A stretch of DNA of 62,610 bases, filler included, from Dugesia japonica (GCA_001938525.1; 5 parts of 5 records of this genome joined end to end with filler, not necessarily neighbours in it), one strand, 5' to 3'; positions 1-13,564 are shown, numbered from the whole stretch's first letter. Translations and numbers: made by a program. Notes: generated from the sequence alone by a model not told the origin.

Positions 1-1844
1 ATCTAATAATTATAATCATCTAAAATCATTTAATGTAAAAGCAAAGAAAATATCATTTCCATATGAATATGTGAAAGGAGAAAATATTAATCAAGTTATT
101 GAATTATTAAAAAGTAGTAACATTCCATCAAAAGAAGATTTCAATAATATATTAAGACAAAAACAAATATCTGAAAATGATTATAATGAATTTTTACAAG
201 ATTTTAATCAATTTAATAATTTTGGGAATACATGTTACATTACATGAAATTAGGCGTAATTATTTTAGCTGATTTTTTTGAGAATGTTAGAGAAACATGT
301 TTTAATAGTTATCAAATAGATCGAAGTTATTGTTATTCAGCTCCGGGTCTAACTTGGAATTCTGAAATGAAATTCACAAAAGTAAAATTAAAATATGCAC
401 ATAAAGAAACTTATGACAGATTTATTAAAATTGAAAGAGGAGTTAGAGGTGGATTTTCAGGAGTTTGTGGAGAAAGGCAAGTATTTAGTCATGATAATAA
501 TAAAAATCCAAAATACAAAAGAGTAAATCAAGCACAAATGAATGATTTATTAAATTTATTATTAAAAGGAAAACANATATTTTCACAAGATTATTTTGAA
601 GATACATTTATAAAATATTTAGATGAAAATTCTTTGTATGCATCCTGTATGACTAAGGAAAAATCTATGAAAGTAAGGGCTTAGAATATATTAAATCAAC
701 AGATAAAATTAATTATATTTGTGAATTAGATTTGGAATATCCAAAAGAGATACATGAGAAAACTAAATACTTCCCTCTAGCCCCAGATCCACTAATTATA
801 ACTAAANNNNNNNNNNNNNNTTATCAATTAAGCTTTGAAAAGAAATTATCAAAGAAAAATGTTAAATTAACTTTGAATCAATTTGATAAACAAAATTATA
901 TTATTTAAGTAAGTACTTTAGATTTATACAAATCATTAGGAATGAAAATTAAAATAATACATTATATATATAACATGCCCACAAAACCTTGGTTAAAATA
1001 TTATATTCAATTTAATATTGATCAAAGAAATGAATCAAAAAGAAATAATAGTGTTTTTGGAGATTATTTCTTTAAATTTTTAAATAATGCTTTCTATGGA
1101 AAAACACTAGAAAATATAAGAAATAGGTGTAATGTTGAAATTGTAGATAATGATAAAGAATATCAGAAATTTGCAAGTAAAATTAATTTTAAATCTAATA
1201 AAATATTTAGTTTTAAAGAAAATGGCGAAGCAGAATCAGCTGCAATTCATNNNNNNNNNNNNNNNNNNNNNNNNNNNNNNNNNNNNNNNNNNNNNNNNNN
1301 NNNNNNNNNNNNNNNNNNNNNNNNNNNNNNNNNNNNNNNNNNNNNNNNNNNNNNNNNNNNNNNNNNNNNNNNNNNNNNNNNNNNNNNNNNNNNNNNNNNN
1401 NNNNNNNNNNNNNNNNNNNNNNNNNNNNNNNNNNNNNNNNNNNNNNNNNNNNNNNAAATAAAAGATGAGAAACCGAATAATGAAATAGTTAAATGTAATT
1501 TCATAAAAGCAAAAAGTTATATTATTCAGGATCAAAATAAGAATATAGAAACTAAACATAAAGGAGTTTCAAAATTAAATAAAATAGGAATGGAACATTA
1601 TGATCAAGTTTTAAGTAATCTCAAAGAAATAATTTATGGAACCAACCACAGTTTAAAATCACAAAAACATGAAATAGAATTAACCGAGCAAAAGAAAATA
1701 GCTTTAACAGGTTATGATGATAAAAGATTAATAGAAGATAATGGAATAAGGTCATGGCCACATGGAAATAAATTTAAATGTAAAATGTGTTTTAAGATGT
1801 TTTGTTTTAAGATTAGATACATTAAAACAAAAATTAAATTGTAA
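1..1844 (+). pseudogene. Polinton/adintovirus protein-primed family B DNA polymerase, C-terminal two-thirds, disrupted
   Basis: Motifs SAPGLTW, RGVRGG, YLDENSLY (Pol I), FKFLNNAFYGKT (Pol II), KAKSY, KHKGV and DDKR across ORFs 232-684 and 942-1844. The YxDTDS motif is expected inside the N gap. Stops and frameshifts present. Confidence 0.93.
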
Positions 1845-2004
1845 TTTAATATAAATAAAGTGTCTACTGCAGTAGATTATTTTTTAAAATCTCTAAATAA
1901 AAATTAAAAATCTAAAATTTCTAAACATAATAAATCGGTCCCGCGGGACTGAATTTTCAAACTCACTCAATGTAAATCAGTCATGCGTGACCGACTTCTA
2001 AAAT

Positions 2005-2360
2005 CTAAAAATATAAAGTGAAATATAAACTCGTTCCAATTCCAAAAGTTCCTAAAGAAATTAATATAGTTCCAGTTATTCCAACAACTGTACCAATAAA
2101 TATTTCTGTAAATCTAATTGAAGTATCTAACCTTGACCATCTTTTATAAATCTTTTTATAATGATTAATTTTACTATCAATAAAATAAAGATCAGATTCA
2201 AAATCTACTATTCTCAAATTTGATAATTTAGTTTTTAAATCTTAAATAGTATATTTTTGATCTTTGTAAATATATTTTTCTAAATTTGGATAAATATTTT
2301 GATTTTCACTAACATTTAAATTATCACCATCGTTTAAATTTAAATCTTCAACTCGCTCAT
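2005..2360 (-). pseudogene. Polinton small membrane protein (IYPxL...RLxDFESDL...HYxK + hydrophobic helices)
   Basis: Homologous to 10330-10700 and 32530-32775 in the other Polinton copies. Hydrophobic C-terminus IFIGTVVGITGTILISLGTFGIG. Confidence 0.7.
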
Positions 2361-2365
2361 TTATT

Positions 2366-2923
2366 TTATTTTAGTAATAATTTGGGATTTAATAACAATT
2401 CAGAATATGATTTTTTAGCAATTGAATAATCACTTAAAATAATAATTTTATAAATATAAATATTTTTAGGTAAAATTAAAGTAACTCTATCCACAATATA
2501 TTTATCAGTTAGTAGAATTTCTTTGTATTCTATAAAAAAAGTAAATTCTGGTTTTTTAATAAAGTTATATTCAAATAATTTTGGAATGCTATCAATCATT
2601 ACATAAATTTCAAAAAATTAAATATCACAATATCATCGAATTATAAAATAAGCTTTTTCTCTTACCCTATTTAACCGAAAATAAAGTTCTAATGAATTTT
2701 CAAGGTAATAATATTTATTATCTTTTAATATTCCTTTTCTTTTTATTTTAAATGGTGATATTAAACCATAATAACTTGGTAAGTTATTCTTTGTAATTAA
2801 AGTAGTTAATAAAAATATTAATACATCATTATACTTACCATAATTTTTTAAAACAAGAAATGGAAAATAATTATCAATTATTTCTTTAATCTTATCGCCC
2901 AATCTCAGTAAATAATTGACCAA
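2366..2923 (-). CDS. Two Polinton hypothetical ORFs (2366-2599; 2633-2923 'NYFP' family)
   Basis: 2633-2923 shares NYFP...IFxLxT...NxLP with 10983-11501 and 33081-33353, in the same gene neighbourhood. Confidence 0.6.
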
Positions 2924-3944
2924 ATCATCAAAAACTGACCCAAATTGAATATTCCTGAGGAAATTATTACCACAAATAATAGAAAATATTACTCATAAAT
3001 AATTAATCAAGATTACTCTTAACGTAGAAATTTCTTACCAAATTATCCAAAAGTTGTCCAAAATTATTCAAATAACTCGGTGGCTCTCATCGTCTGGATT
3101 AAATGCTGTTGATGCTTGGAGACTTCCGTAGCCCGGATGAACAACCACACTAATTCTTTTTCACGTTCCTCTTGCGTTGTTACGAAAGTTCTTAGCTGTT
3201 GATCATATAGTTGTTACTGATTATCAGTGCGTTTCTGCAAGTCATCGAGTCTATCCAATTTATCTGCATGTTGTCACTCTTGTCTGGCTATCTTTTTATC
3301 CTGAATAACCCACCAGAACTCGGTATTGGTACCCTCCAGCCCTAGCGAGTCCAACAAATTCGGTATATCATTTGGTGCATTTATTCGGAATCTCCAACAG
3401 TCGTCGCCCAAACTCTATTCGGCCTCTTAACTTGATCATACTTAATTTAATCAATCAATTTTATTTGCAATATCTTCAATAAAGAGTTACGAATTATTTC
3501 ACAATTTTCAATACTTTAAAAATTTGATATTATAATTTTAATTTAACCATAAAAAGTCTAATTTATTTTCAATGATTTCCTTTTATTCAAAACATAATTA
3601 AATTTACTCACAAAAGCAGTTTTAATCAAATTACATATTGAAAATTAATAAATTCCTCATACTTAATTTGTTCAATCAATTATTTTTTTTTCAATAAATA
3701 CCTACAAATTTTCAAATTATCTAAAGCGTGATAAAAAATTCACATTATAAATTAAAATTTAATTAGATTTAGAATCTACTTTCAAATATCAAATTTAGGC
3801 AAATGTACAGTTTAGGTCTCTATTGTTTAAATAAGACATTTAAGATAAGTTTAAATTTAATAAATAGTTTATGAAAATAAACATGCATGGTTCCAAAGTA
3901 CGCATTTAACTTCGTTATTTAGCTCAGTTATTTAATTAAATTAT

Positions 3945-4105
3945 TTCCAGATACAATCTCGAATCATAACTTCATCCTGTCTAGTTAAACTCAATAATAC
4001 CGCATACTTCGTACACTGATTTATCATACCAAAAATGTATCTTTTCCTATTCTTTGTAATCTTCAATGATCCAAAAATATCTATGGACATCACTTCGTAA
4101 ATCAC
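3945..4105 (-). pseudogene. Ty3/Gypsy integrase core fragment
   Basis: Translates YEVMSIDIFGSLKITKNRKRYIFGMINQCTKYAVLLSLTRQDEVMIR, aligning with the integrase at 14336-14776. Confidence 0.75.
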
Positions 4106-4669
4106 TTGGATTATTTTTGGTTTTTACAATATTAACTTAGAATTTTTAGAAAAAATTTTGTTATTCTCAAATTTGATAATCAAAATATATATTCGATAGA
4201 GGATTTTACGTTGATTCCAAATATGTTAACCTAAATTCATCAGACATTATAGATAAAATGTTAAATCGAAAAAAACTTACTTAATATTGGAGTCTCCCCC
4301 CGAGGAACATTAAAATAAAAAAATAAAGATAATTTTCAAATATATTTTTTATTACAACCTGTAAACGGTACATTGTATTTTTTCATCATTTCTTTTATTA
4401 TTTATTTATAACTTCTGGACTTGAATAATTTAAGTCTTCATTGAATTCTTTGGTTATTGCTTCTTTTTCATTAGTATAAAACTCATTTACAATTGTTGAT
4501 AGATCAAGTTTATGAAACTTTACCAGATTATCCATTACAAATTTCATATTTACAATGAATCTGGATAAAATTTAATTTTATCTATGTATTCTAATCTTCT
4601 AAGATTCATAAGGCTATACAAAAATTGAATTTGAATAAGGGCTTGTAGGCCGATGTCGTAAATTGATAT

Positions 4670-4930
4670 GTGAATTACTGCTTCAAAGTCATCAAAGGAA
4701 AAACTTTTTCACATCTTATCCTCATAGGTGTCGAAAAATGGGTACGATTTGAAAACCCGAAGCGCAGAAAATCATGGTGCAGACCGGGAGAACCATCAAA
4801 GTTGATTGCCAAACCAAATATCTATGGTGCCAAACTAATGTTGTGTATTTGGTGAGGATACCGAAATGGGTGGATTCCTGGTTAGCCTCAAAAGATGCTT
4901 CCTTCTTTGGACGTGTAATTCACATTTTAT
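4670..4930 (+). mobile_element. mariner transposase relic, internally deleted
   Basis: GVEKWVRFENPKRRKSW...AKPNIYGAKLMLCIW followed by the C-terminal DSWLASKDASFF...ERW motif typical of mariner transposases. Confidence 0.85.
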
Positions 4931-7734
4931 CGGAAAGATGGTCAATATTTTGAATGAACAATTTGTATCCATTTCTTATAATAAAGTTGTTTTTCTTGAC
5001 TTTTCTTTTTGTAAAATTTTGTAGAAAATACCTTTAAAATTAATGCACATACTTAATATATCGGTTTGAAAATTGTATTTGACTTAATCTTAAAAAGAAT
5101 TAGACGCCCAGCTTACCGATTAACATTACGAATTTATTCTACTTTTGTTAAGTGATTGTGAAACTAGAAAATGAAATGAATTAAAATTATATTATTAAAT
5201 TATAATGTAAGAAATATTTTTAATGTAAACTGTAAAATAAGAATTAAATATGATAAATTAAACATTACTATTTCATCTAATAGAAGAGAATGTGACAACT
5301 GCATATTGATTTATTAAAGGTGTTTTCGAAAACTAAACGAAAAAGAAAACGTGAATTAAAATTAAATTAAATTTAATTAAATAGAAACAAGTTGTATTTA
5401 TTAACGTTATTCCTAAATTTTAGATTACATTTTTTTCTACTGTTTTCTTTGTTTTTATTTCAGTTTTTTGAATGGTATTTTTCTTATTTTTTTCTGTGAA
5501 GTGCTGATATATAGTATGAATTTAAGATTTTCCATTTCAAGCTATTGTTGGACTCCTAGTGGTTAGTAGGTTCTAACAGTTATTTATTATAAATATGTAT
5601 ATACACCTAGACCCCACTAAAACAACGCTAAATGAACCAGAATTTAATTGTAGAATCTTTGTGAATAATGAAGATACGTTATAAAGAGGACTAGATATAT
5701 ATAAATACACTAAAGTAGATGGATAGTAGAGAATCTTGACAACCCTCACACTCTTTCCGACTATTTTATTCGTGAAAATTTATTATTAGGTTCTAAAGTT
5801 TAGTGATTGGGCGAATGATTTCATCATTTCTCTTTTATAGGTTTTTTATATAGAAAAATATGAAAAGCCTATTTTTGTTTTAATTAACCAAAATTTTTAA
5901 ATTTACAAGTAGTTAACAGAATTTCTTCATGAGCAATATTAAAATCGAGCTGCTTTCCGAGCAATGTTAGAATCTTAAATGCTGCTTAAGATACATAACG
6001 AGCAAAATGTAGACTCAAATTTATATACAATATAGACTCAAATCAATACAAAATTTTCAACATTATATTTCATTGAAACTAGTGTATATTTTTTTGTTTA
6101 TTGTGAAAATTGCATTTTGGGTAATGATTCACTTGTTTAACATTTTTAACCATTGATCTCTGAATGATAAAATTAAGCATATTAAAAATTAGGAAAATAA
6201 ACTTAGGCTTTGATTAAAAAAAGTTTCAAAAAAAATGTTTTTTATTTTGAATTCTTATTAAAGTTACAAAACGTTTTTTTTTGAAAAAATTAGTGTACAT
6301 TTATTGTAATTTGTATAAATCTTAATGAACTTTGTATGAATTATTGAATTTAAGTACATTTTATTGACTGTGTATGACTTAATCAAAATAGGTTGGTTTA
6401 GTTGAATTTAATATATCTTTTATTATTAATCGAATACAACAGTGTACATTGTTACATATTTTAATGAAGTCTCTATAATTCTTATTAAGTTCTTGTAGAA
6501 TTCAGTGAAAATTGTTTATTTTTACCAAGGTTTTGTGTAAATTAATGGATTTGTATATAATTAATAAGGTGTTTTAAAAACTATATATGTTTTGATGAAA
6601 ACTTTACATTAACTATTGAATTTTATATGAAAATTTGAAACGTAGCGTATATTATTGAATGAAATTATTGTATACTTATTAAACGTCTTGAAACCTTATA
6701 TGTCAATAAAGTTTCTACATATTTTAAAAATGCTATGGACATATTGAACTTATATCACATTTTATTGAAATTTGTATACGATGTAATGATAATTGTATAT
6801 ATTTGTTTGAAATATTTATGAAATTAATAAAATTTGAATACGTGATAATAAAATTACGCAATATTTTATTGACATTTTTCATGTAAATTAATGAACTTTC
6901 TGTAGCTATCTTAATGAAATTTGTATAACTCTTAATAATCTACTGTATGTGTCCTAATAAATAACTATGTAAATTGATTGGATTGGATTAAGTTGATAAC
7001 TATCTCATTAGTTGTAGAATTCAATGAACTATAATAATTGGCTANAAAATCATTTTATCCTCCAGAAGACTTTAGTATATATTACTTATAGATTTATGTA
7101 TAATTATGAATAAATTGATGTATAATTTCATTAAAATAAAAGCTTTATTCAAAGTATTTTTGTTTTTGATATTATTTCATTATTATACATAATTTGTTGA
7201 AATTTTATATAATTTTTTAATTTCATTGAAATTTAATTAAATTTGTTTGAAAATAACTGTTAGTAAATGGTAATCTTCAACTAAATGTTTCTTCAGAATA
7301 TAAAAATATTACTTGAATTTTTTATTGTTTATAAAACATTAATAATAAAAACAGACTGTTAAGTAGAAATAGAGTTTAACTCTGTCTCAAATGCTAGAAA
7401 ATTTGGATTCAATTCAATTAATATAAAAAACGAGAAACCACTAAAATTAATTCTTGAAGCTGGTGAGCAATTGATGCTGCATAATATTCCATCAATACCC
7501 TTTAAATTAAAGTTTTTTATTATTGAAGGAAATGGCATGATAAAAAAATTGCCGATATCATAATTGTTGAAATTGAAGACGGAATATTTATTGTTTCAGG
7601 ATAAAAAATAAAGCTAATTGTTAAATTAACACTGATGGTGAAAAGAAAATAATTATCAAATATGATTGTAATATGTAATTGGAGTTTAATTTATTGTTAA
7701 ATGCTCAATATTATACAGCTGGTTTTGATATGGA

Positions 7735-7965
7735 CTATACTAAGGTATATGTACAATCGATTATTCGTATCACGAGCTTGTTAGATGTAGATGGAAACAA
7801 TGGTATAACGATGAGGGATTTTAAAGACTCATATACGTTTATTATATTTTGTGTTGGCTCCGGACTTTGCTGTTGGTCAGCCGCAATTGCCAAAAACCNN
7901 AAATCTTAAGCTGGGTGGGCGATTTCATAAAGCCTTATCAGAATGAGTAACAATGTATGTTAACA
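7735..7965 (+). pseudogene. Polinton major capsid (hexon-like) C-terminal fragment
   Basis: LLDVDGNNGITMRDFKDSYTFIIF...NLKLGGRFHKALSE resembles the conserved C-terminal block of Polinton MCPs. Confidence 0.6.
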
Positions 7966-7979
7966 ACTTTAATAATGAA

Positions 7980-8520
7980 GTCAAATATCATCAATTTGTA
8001 GGATATGAATGTATTTATGAATTTTTCAAAATGATTTAAGACATTACCAAAAATATTGTACAGCTTTACTATGAAGAAAACAGTAAAAAGGAAATGATTA
8101 TTAGTGCTGCTGAAGAAAGAGATTTTAAAAGATCAACTTGGCGTTATTTGTGTAGAAAATCACTTAAAAGCCCTATTAAAGATCATTACCACTTCACAGG
8201 AAAATACTTGGGAGCAACATGTTCAAAATGTAACTTGAGTAGAAAAATTCGGTTTAAATTACCTGTTGTATTTCATAATCTTAGAGGTTATGACTTACAT
8301 CATATTCTGAAATATGGACTTGATAAATTTTCATTATGAAAAATTTCTTGCATTCCTACTACAAGCGAGAAATTCTTAGGTTTAATTGTGCGAATTTCGA
8401 AAATAACAGTCAAATTTATAGATAGTTGCCAATTTATTAATTTGATCTGGATTCAGCAGTTATAACTATAAAAACAACTCCATGAACAATAAAAGAGTTT
8501 AAGGATGATTGATTTACTAA
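7980..8520 (+). pseudogene. Polinton PolB exonuclease-region fragment
   Basis: DHYHFTGKYLGATCSKCNL, PVVFHNLRGYDLHHI, IPTTSEKFL and KFIDS motifs. Confidence 0.88.
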
Positions 8521-8523
8521 TTA

Positions 8524-8623
8524 NNNNNNNNNNNNNNNNNNNNNNNNNNNNNNNNNNNNNNNNNNNNTTAATTAATTAANNNNNNNNNNNNNNNNNNNNN
8601 NNNNNNNNNNNNNNNNNNNNNNN
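8524..8623. other. Artificial scaffold spacer
   Basis: N44-TTAATTAATTAA-N44, identical to the three other spacers. Confidence 0.97.
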
Positions 8624-9869
8624 AATCTCTATGAGCATATACATAATTCTGGTTTATTTCTACTTTTCTTATCCATGTATAATATTCGTAAATCTTTAAC
8701 AAGAGAGTAATGATTATGAGACAAGAATAAATTACACTTCCTTTGGGATGAATCTGAGAATGAATCATAATGTNAAACATAAATTGGATAGATTCTAATN
8801 TTTTTATCATCTATTTCAACTTCGTTGATTTCAAACACATTCACTTTAAAATCATTCTGTGATTCAAACTTCTTCAAATCAGAAATCTTTACTGGGAATT
8901 CAAAACCCTCAAAATTTAATTCATGTTCATGAAGGATAGAATCATCTCCATACAAGTGATAGAGTACACTCCACATGAAACATTTCTGATCTATATTCTT
9001 GATATTTACAACTCCTCTTCTATTTTATTCATCTGGGAGTGGATAATAAGAACTTCCAGCTATAAATTGATATCTACACAATTCAATCTTGAATGAGAAT
9101 ATAGTGTCTAAACTCCAACCAGAACCAGATAATTCCTTTTCATACAATTGTTCATCTAGATTAATTAAAACTTGATTAATTAAAACTATATCGTCTATTT
9201 GATCACTAACTAACATAATAGGGATCAGAAGTAAATGAATGTTTATATTCTGCATTAGAATCAGTATAAAATTCTTTAGTATATAAAGTTCTATATGTTA
9301 AATTGAACAAAATATTATTATACTTGTTTTGATAAATTCTTATTCTATCTATGATTTATGATTTGTATCTATCGACTATATTTAAATCTTTCCTCTTTGA
9401 ATAATCATTCAAGGGTTTACATTTCTCAGTCTTTATATCGAGATTATATTTTAATTCTACTTTAGATTTTCTAAATGTCTATAAAATCAAATGTTAAATC
9501 TTTAAACAAATCTTTTAGAGGTTGATTCTCGATTGAATTATTCATTTTAATCTGAGGTAACTCTTTGAAATCATCTTTAATTTTACTTGGAGCATATGGA
9601 TCTCTTAATCTATGATTTTTACCATTAAAATGTCAATTGGAATTTGTTGCATTATCAAAAGTCTTTTCACAGATTTTATACTCTTTGATAAAGTCTATAA
9701 GATTTACTTTCTTCAAATAAGCTTTTGATTTTAAATGTTCCGCTTGATGATATTGACTTCTGAATATTAAATTACAAGGCATACTTTTTAATAAATTGTC
9801 ATTACTCATTTTAATACTAGAATATTTACTAGAGAGAGAAAATAGGGTAATTTGAAAGGTGGTTACCAA
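8624..9869 (-). pseudogene. Polinton PolB N-terminal region (C2H2-like fingers, SGSGW block), disrupted
   Basis: SGSGWSLDTI...GSSYYPLP...VNIKNIDQKCFMWSVL...FPVKISDLKKFE...NHYSLVKDL. Degenerate zinc fingers in 9633-9869. Confidence 0.85.
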
Positions 9870-10129
9870 AGGTGGTTAGTTCAAAGGTAATTGATCGAAA
9901 GATGGTTATTTGAAAATATAACAATTAATATTTTATACTTAATCACCTTCTTTATATTCTTCAATTGAGATTCCAAAGCTTTAAATTGATTTTGTGGGTT
10001 ATACAAAGGATTATTCAAGTGATGGTTAACAGAGTGATGTTTAGAAACTTCATGTTTATTCGAAAATAGGTTTTCTTTACTTCTTTAATCATTTCTTTAC
10101 TTTTAGAAATTTTATCATCAGTTAGAATA

Positions 10130-10245
10130 AGTAGTGAGATATGTCCGCATTGCCGCACCCCCTCCCCCCAAGCCAGAAAAATTTGACGAAAAAAAATTTT
10201 TCTGGCTTGGGGGGGGGTGCGGCAGTGCGGACATATCTCACTACT
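10130..10245. mobile_element. 116-bp hairpin mini-element with Polinton-type AGTAGT/ACTACT ends and 6-bp TSD
   Basis: AGTAGTGAGATATGTCCGCA...TGCGGACATATCTCACTACT is a near-perfect inverted repeat, flanked by AGAATA at 10124-10129 and 10246-10251. Confidence 0.9.
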
Positions 10246-10329
10246 AGAATATTATCTTCCAAAGCCTTGAAATGAAATAAAAATTGTTTATTTTTTACAG
10301 CTTCCAATTCTTGTATCAAATTGGTTTAT

Positions 10330-10700
10330 TTAATAATTTTCTTTTTGATTAAACTAACTCTCAGAAACCATGAGCAATTGAATATATTACTGGAATACTT
10401 GTAACTATTCCTGTAACTAGTAATGGAATTCTGAAACCAAGAGTTCCCATTATAATTATTACTCCAGAATCGATTCCAATTATTGCACTTAATCCAACAT
10501 CTGTAAATCTAGTTCCATTATCAAACTTGCTGCATCTTTTTAATAGTTTATTATAATGATCAATCTTTTCTTTTNNNNAATTTAAATCAGATTCAAAATC
10601 CTCGAGTCTAGATTGATTAAGTTTATGTTTTAATTTTTCAATAGTAATTTGATCATTTGAAGGATAATCATCTAATTTTGGATATAGGTATTTAGATGGA
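10330..10700 (-). pseudogene. Polinton small membrane protein
   Basis: YPKL...SRLEDFESDL...KIDHYNKL...RFTDVGLSAIIG; homolog of 2005-2360. Confidence 0.7.
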
Positions 10701-10982
10701 TTTTATCTTGAAAGTGGTTAGATGGGATTTGGTTATTTAAAATTTGTTTATTTGTCAAATCTTCAATTGAGCCTTCTGCAGACCTTTTATAACTATTATT
10801 TTAAATCAATTTACTTGAGGTCAATAATTTAAAATCAATTTACTTGAGGTCTTTAAATAATTCAATTGCTCTTTCTTGATTCGATATTATTATGAATTTT
10901 TGTAATAATGTTTCTTTGGAAAAGATTATATTTATAGAATCAAAGACCTCATCACTATGTGAATAACCAATCTCACTCGATG

Positions 10983-11501
10983 CTATAAAAACTTAAAATT
11001 TTTTTGGTTCTTTAATATCATAACTAAATTTGAAAATGCTTTCAATAGTTTTATATAAATCCAAAAACCTGGTTGACAATAACCAAGGAATAAAAAATAA
11101 AGAATATTTAATTTTTCCAAAAGTTCAAATTTAAATTCTTTTTCTCCAAATGAATGAAAATATTTTATATTATCCAACAAAATTACTTTTGATGTGATAC
11201 CATTTGATCCAATCCCTTTGATACACATCATTTGTTTTAATCTAAAAACACGAATAGATGGTAAATCATTAATTATTATTTCTGTTGATAATTCAAAGAT
11301 TATATCTTTCTTTGAGAGGTTTAGTTTATTATTATTATTTGGAAAATAATTTTCAAGAATATTTCTTGAAGCATCAACTATTGATTTTGAATAAATTTGC
11401 TTGTCTAGTTTTTCCTTTTCCAATTTTCTAAAATAATTTTCCAACAATAGTATTTGAAAAGGTAAAAGATGAATCATTATTTTCTCATATTCTTTTTTCA
11501 T
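10983..11501 (-). CDS. Polinton hypothetical protein (NYFP family)
   Basis: ENYFP...IIFELSTEIIINDLP motif shared with two other copies. Confidence 0.6.
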   Translation of the reverse strand: MKKEYEKIMIHLLPFQILLLENYFRKLEKEKLDKQIYSKSIVDASRNILENYFPNNNNKLNLSKKDIIFELSTEIIINDLPSIRVFRLKQMMCIKGIGSNGITSKVILLDNIKYFHSFGEKEFKFELLEKLNILYFLFLGYCQPGFWIYIKLLKAFSNLVMILKNQKNFKFL

Positions 11502-11518
11502 AATTAATGGAGGATCAT

Positions 11519-12089
11519 TTATACTTTGTAAATGGAATTCAATTTTATACTTTTAAATTTAGTTTTAGAACAATTACTAGATAAATTTTCTACATTTTGT
11601 TTAAGGTTTTTTATTTCTTTTTTTAAATCCTTTCCACCATCAAATAAAAATATTTTGCTAATACTATCTTTTAAATTATTAATTTTAATCAATAAATCAG
11701 TCTTGAGATTAATAAAGTCTTTATTAATAGCTCTAGTATTTTTACGACTCAATTATTCAACCAACTCTTGAATAGTTACTTTATCACGTAATGATTCTTC
11801 TTTTTGTTTTTTAATTTTATCATTTAAGTCTAAGAATTGCTTGGTTATTACATTTTTCAAATATTTTAAATTTATTACATCTAAATCATTTATAGAATCA
11901 TTAGTAACCATCAATCTAGTAATTGTCTCCAGTTTCATTAACAAATTTCTTTTCATTTTTAATGGATTCTTTTACCATAGTTAGTTTCAATTTAGCATCT
12001 AGATTTGTATTTACTTGAGAAATTATATCTTGATCACTTGTTAAAGGTAAATCAAACCTATCCATTATTACATTTGTAAAACTATGCAT
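11519..12089 (-). pseudogene. Polinton coiled-coil/fibre-like protein
   Basis: Starts MHSFTNVIMDRF; contains DVINLKY, KVTIQEL, DLLIKINNLK and NLSSNCS. Homolog of 33374-34012. Confidence 0.65.
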
Positions 12090-12184
12090 ATTTTATCATC
12101 TATTTATTAAATTGAAAATTAGTAATTTTAGAAAGTGTTTGATCAAAGATGGTTATTTCAAAGATGGTGATCAAAGATTGATAT

Positions 12185-12694
12185 TTAAAATATAATCAAA
12201 TCTTTAAATGTTTCATACAATTCATTAAATGTTTCATTAATTGCTGTCGTAGACTTTCCAGATCCTATTTCAAGATTCTTACTCAAAACCATTCTATAAA
12301 TAAAGTAAATACTCAATATTTCACAGATTCTTGTTCCCCATGGTTGCACTTGTATTTTATTGTATATAATCTTATTCGAGAAATAATCATTAATATATTT
12401 AATAGGAGGTAAACCAAAAGAATCAAAATAACAGGCTATTCCTTTGGTTTCTGATCCATAATTTAAAAATAAAGCAACCCAATGACTTTTTCTTTGTCTA
12501 GAGATTTGATAATTAATTATACAAGATTCATAAGCATGATGATAATCCATTTTAAATTCATTACTCATCAAGATTTGAATATTTAAATTTAAATGCTCAG
12601 CTATAGACAGTAAATCAAAATTAGTAGTTGTATTAATTCCAAAGGTTTTAAGAAAGTCTAATATATTATTACTCATTTCAAAGTGTTTGATCAA
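12185..12694 (-). CDS. Adenain-like cysteine protease (Polinton PRO)
   Basis: SHWVA, YFDSFG and QVQPWGTRIC give the His-Asp-(Gln)-Cys catalytic signature. Confidence 0.92.
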   Translation of the reverse strand: MIKHFEMSNNILDFLKTFGINTTTNFDLLSIAEHLNLNIQILMSNEFKMDYHHAYESCIINYQISRQRKSHWVALFLNYGSETKGIACYFDSFGLPPIKYINDYFSNKIIYNKIQVQPWGTRICEILSIYFIYRMVLSKNLEIGSGKSTTAINETFNELYETFKDLIIF

Positions 12695-13439
12695 AGATAT
12701 TCATTTCAAAGTACAACAATTTAATGATTTAAATCTCAACTTCCAAAATCGAGTTACTTGGGAGACTGGTCCTGGGTAAAGGAGGAGGGGGTTACCCAAT
12801 GTGGATTTAGTCTTCTCCATTATGTGAAAAATTACTAATTTTTATTATTGTATTTGAGTTCAATATTTCTTTACTTTCCTCAAAATTATTATGTATTTCA
12901 TGCCCACTTAAAGTGCAATTTTTCATAATTGGATGCTCCATTCTTAAATGATAATAGCTAATTAATTTATATACATCTGAAACAAAATAATTAATACCAT
13001 TCTTTTAATTTTAACATCATATCTTTCTTTTTATAATCAACAGATTGTTGAATTTTAAATAAATTCTCTCCTAATTGAAAATAAATATCATTTTGATATA
13101 ATTTATTATTCTTTAACATTCTATGCAAACTTTTAATTTCATCATAAAGAGTTTTGATACTAAAAGTTAGTGATTCTTGTTTAAATAACTCGGTGGTTGA
13201 AGTGTTAGAATCTTTTATTTGAATAAAAGAGATTTAAAAGATTTCTTTGAATATAAGAAATTGTATAAATTTTAATCGAAGATTTCTTTAAAGAGGGTTT
13301 CTCCATAGAGTGTTTCTTTAAAGGGTTTTCATAAGTACTTTCAAAAGAGTTTTCAAAATATACTAAACTCTTTTCATTTTACAATGTCATTGAATCTAAA
13401 ATCTTTGAAGGAGGTGGGTCAACATGTTCTCTCAAATCA

Positions 13440-13564
13440 AATGTTTCTCTTGGTTTATATTTTTCATCTATAAAATTTAATTTTATTCTATCTATAGTTT
13501 TTGTATTTAATTTAGAATATATTTGATTTGCTGGTCTATCTGTTCATCCATAACCAAAGGGTAC
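13440..13564 (-). pseudogene. Polinton penton (minor capsid) C-terminal fragment, truncated by LTR insertion
   Basis: VPFGYG...IYSKLNTKTIDRIKLNFIDEKY matches the end of 34569-35240 (PIYSKLNTDTISRIKLNVVDENY). Confidence 0.8.

Noticed and set aside
1150-1559. ORFs consisting mostly of X (also 37832-38077)
   Set aside because: Created by N gaps.
10122-10319. 65-aa ORF with poly-Pro/Gly
   Set aside because: Translation across the hairpin mini-element.
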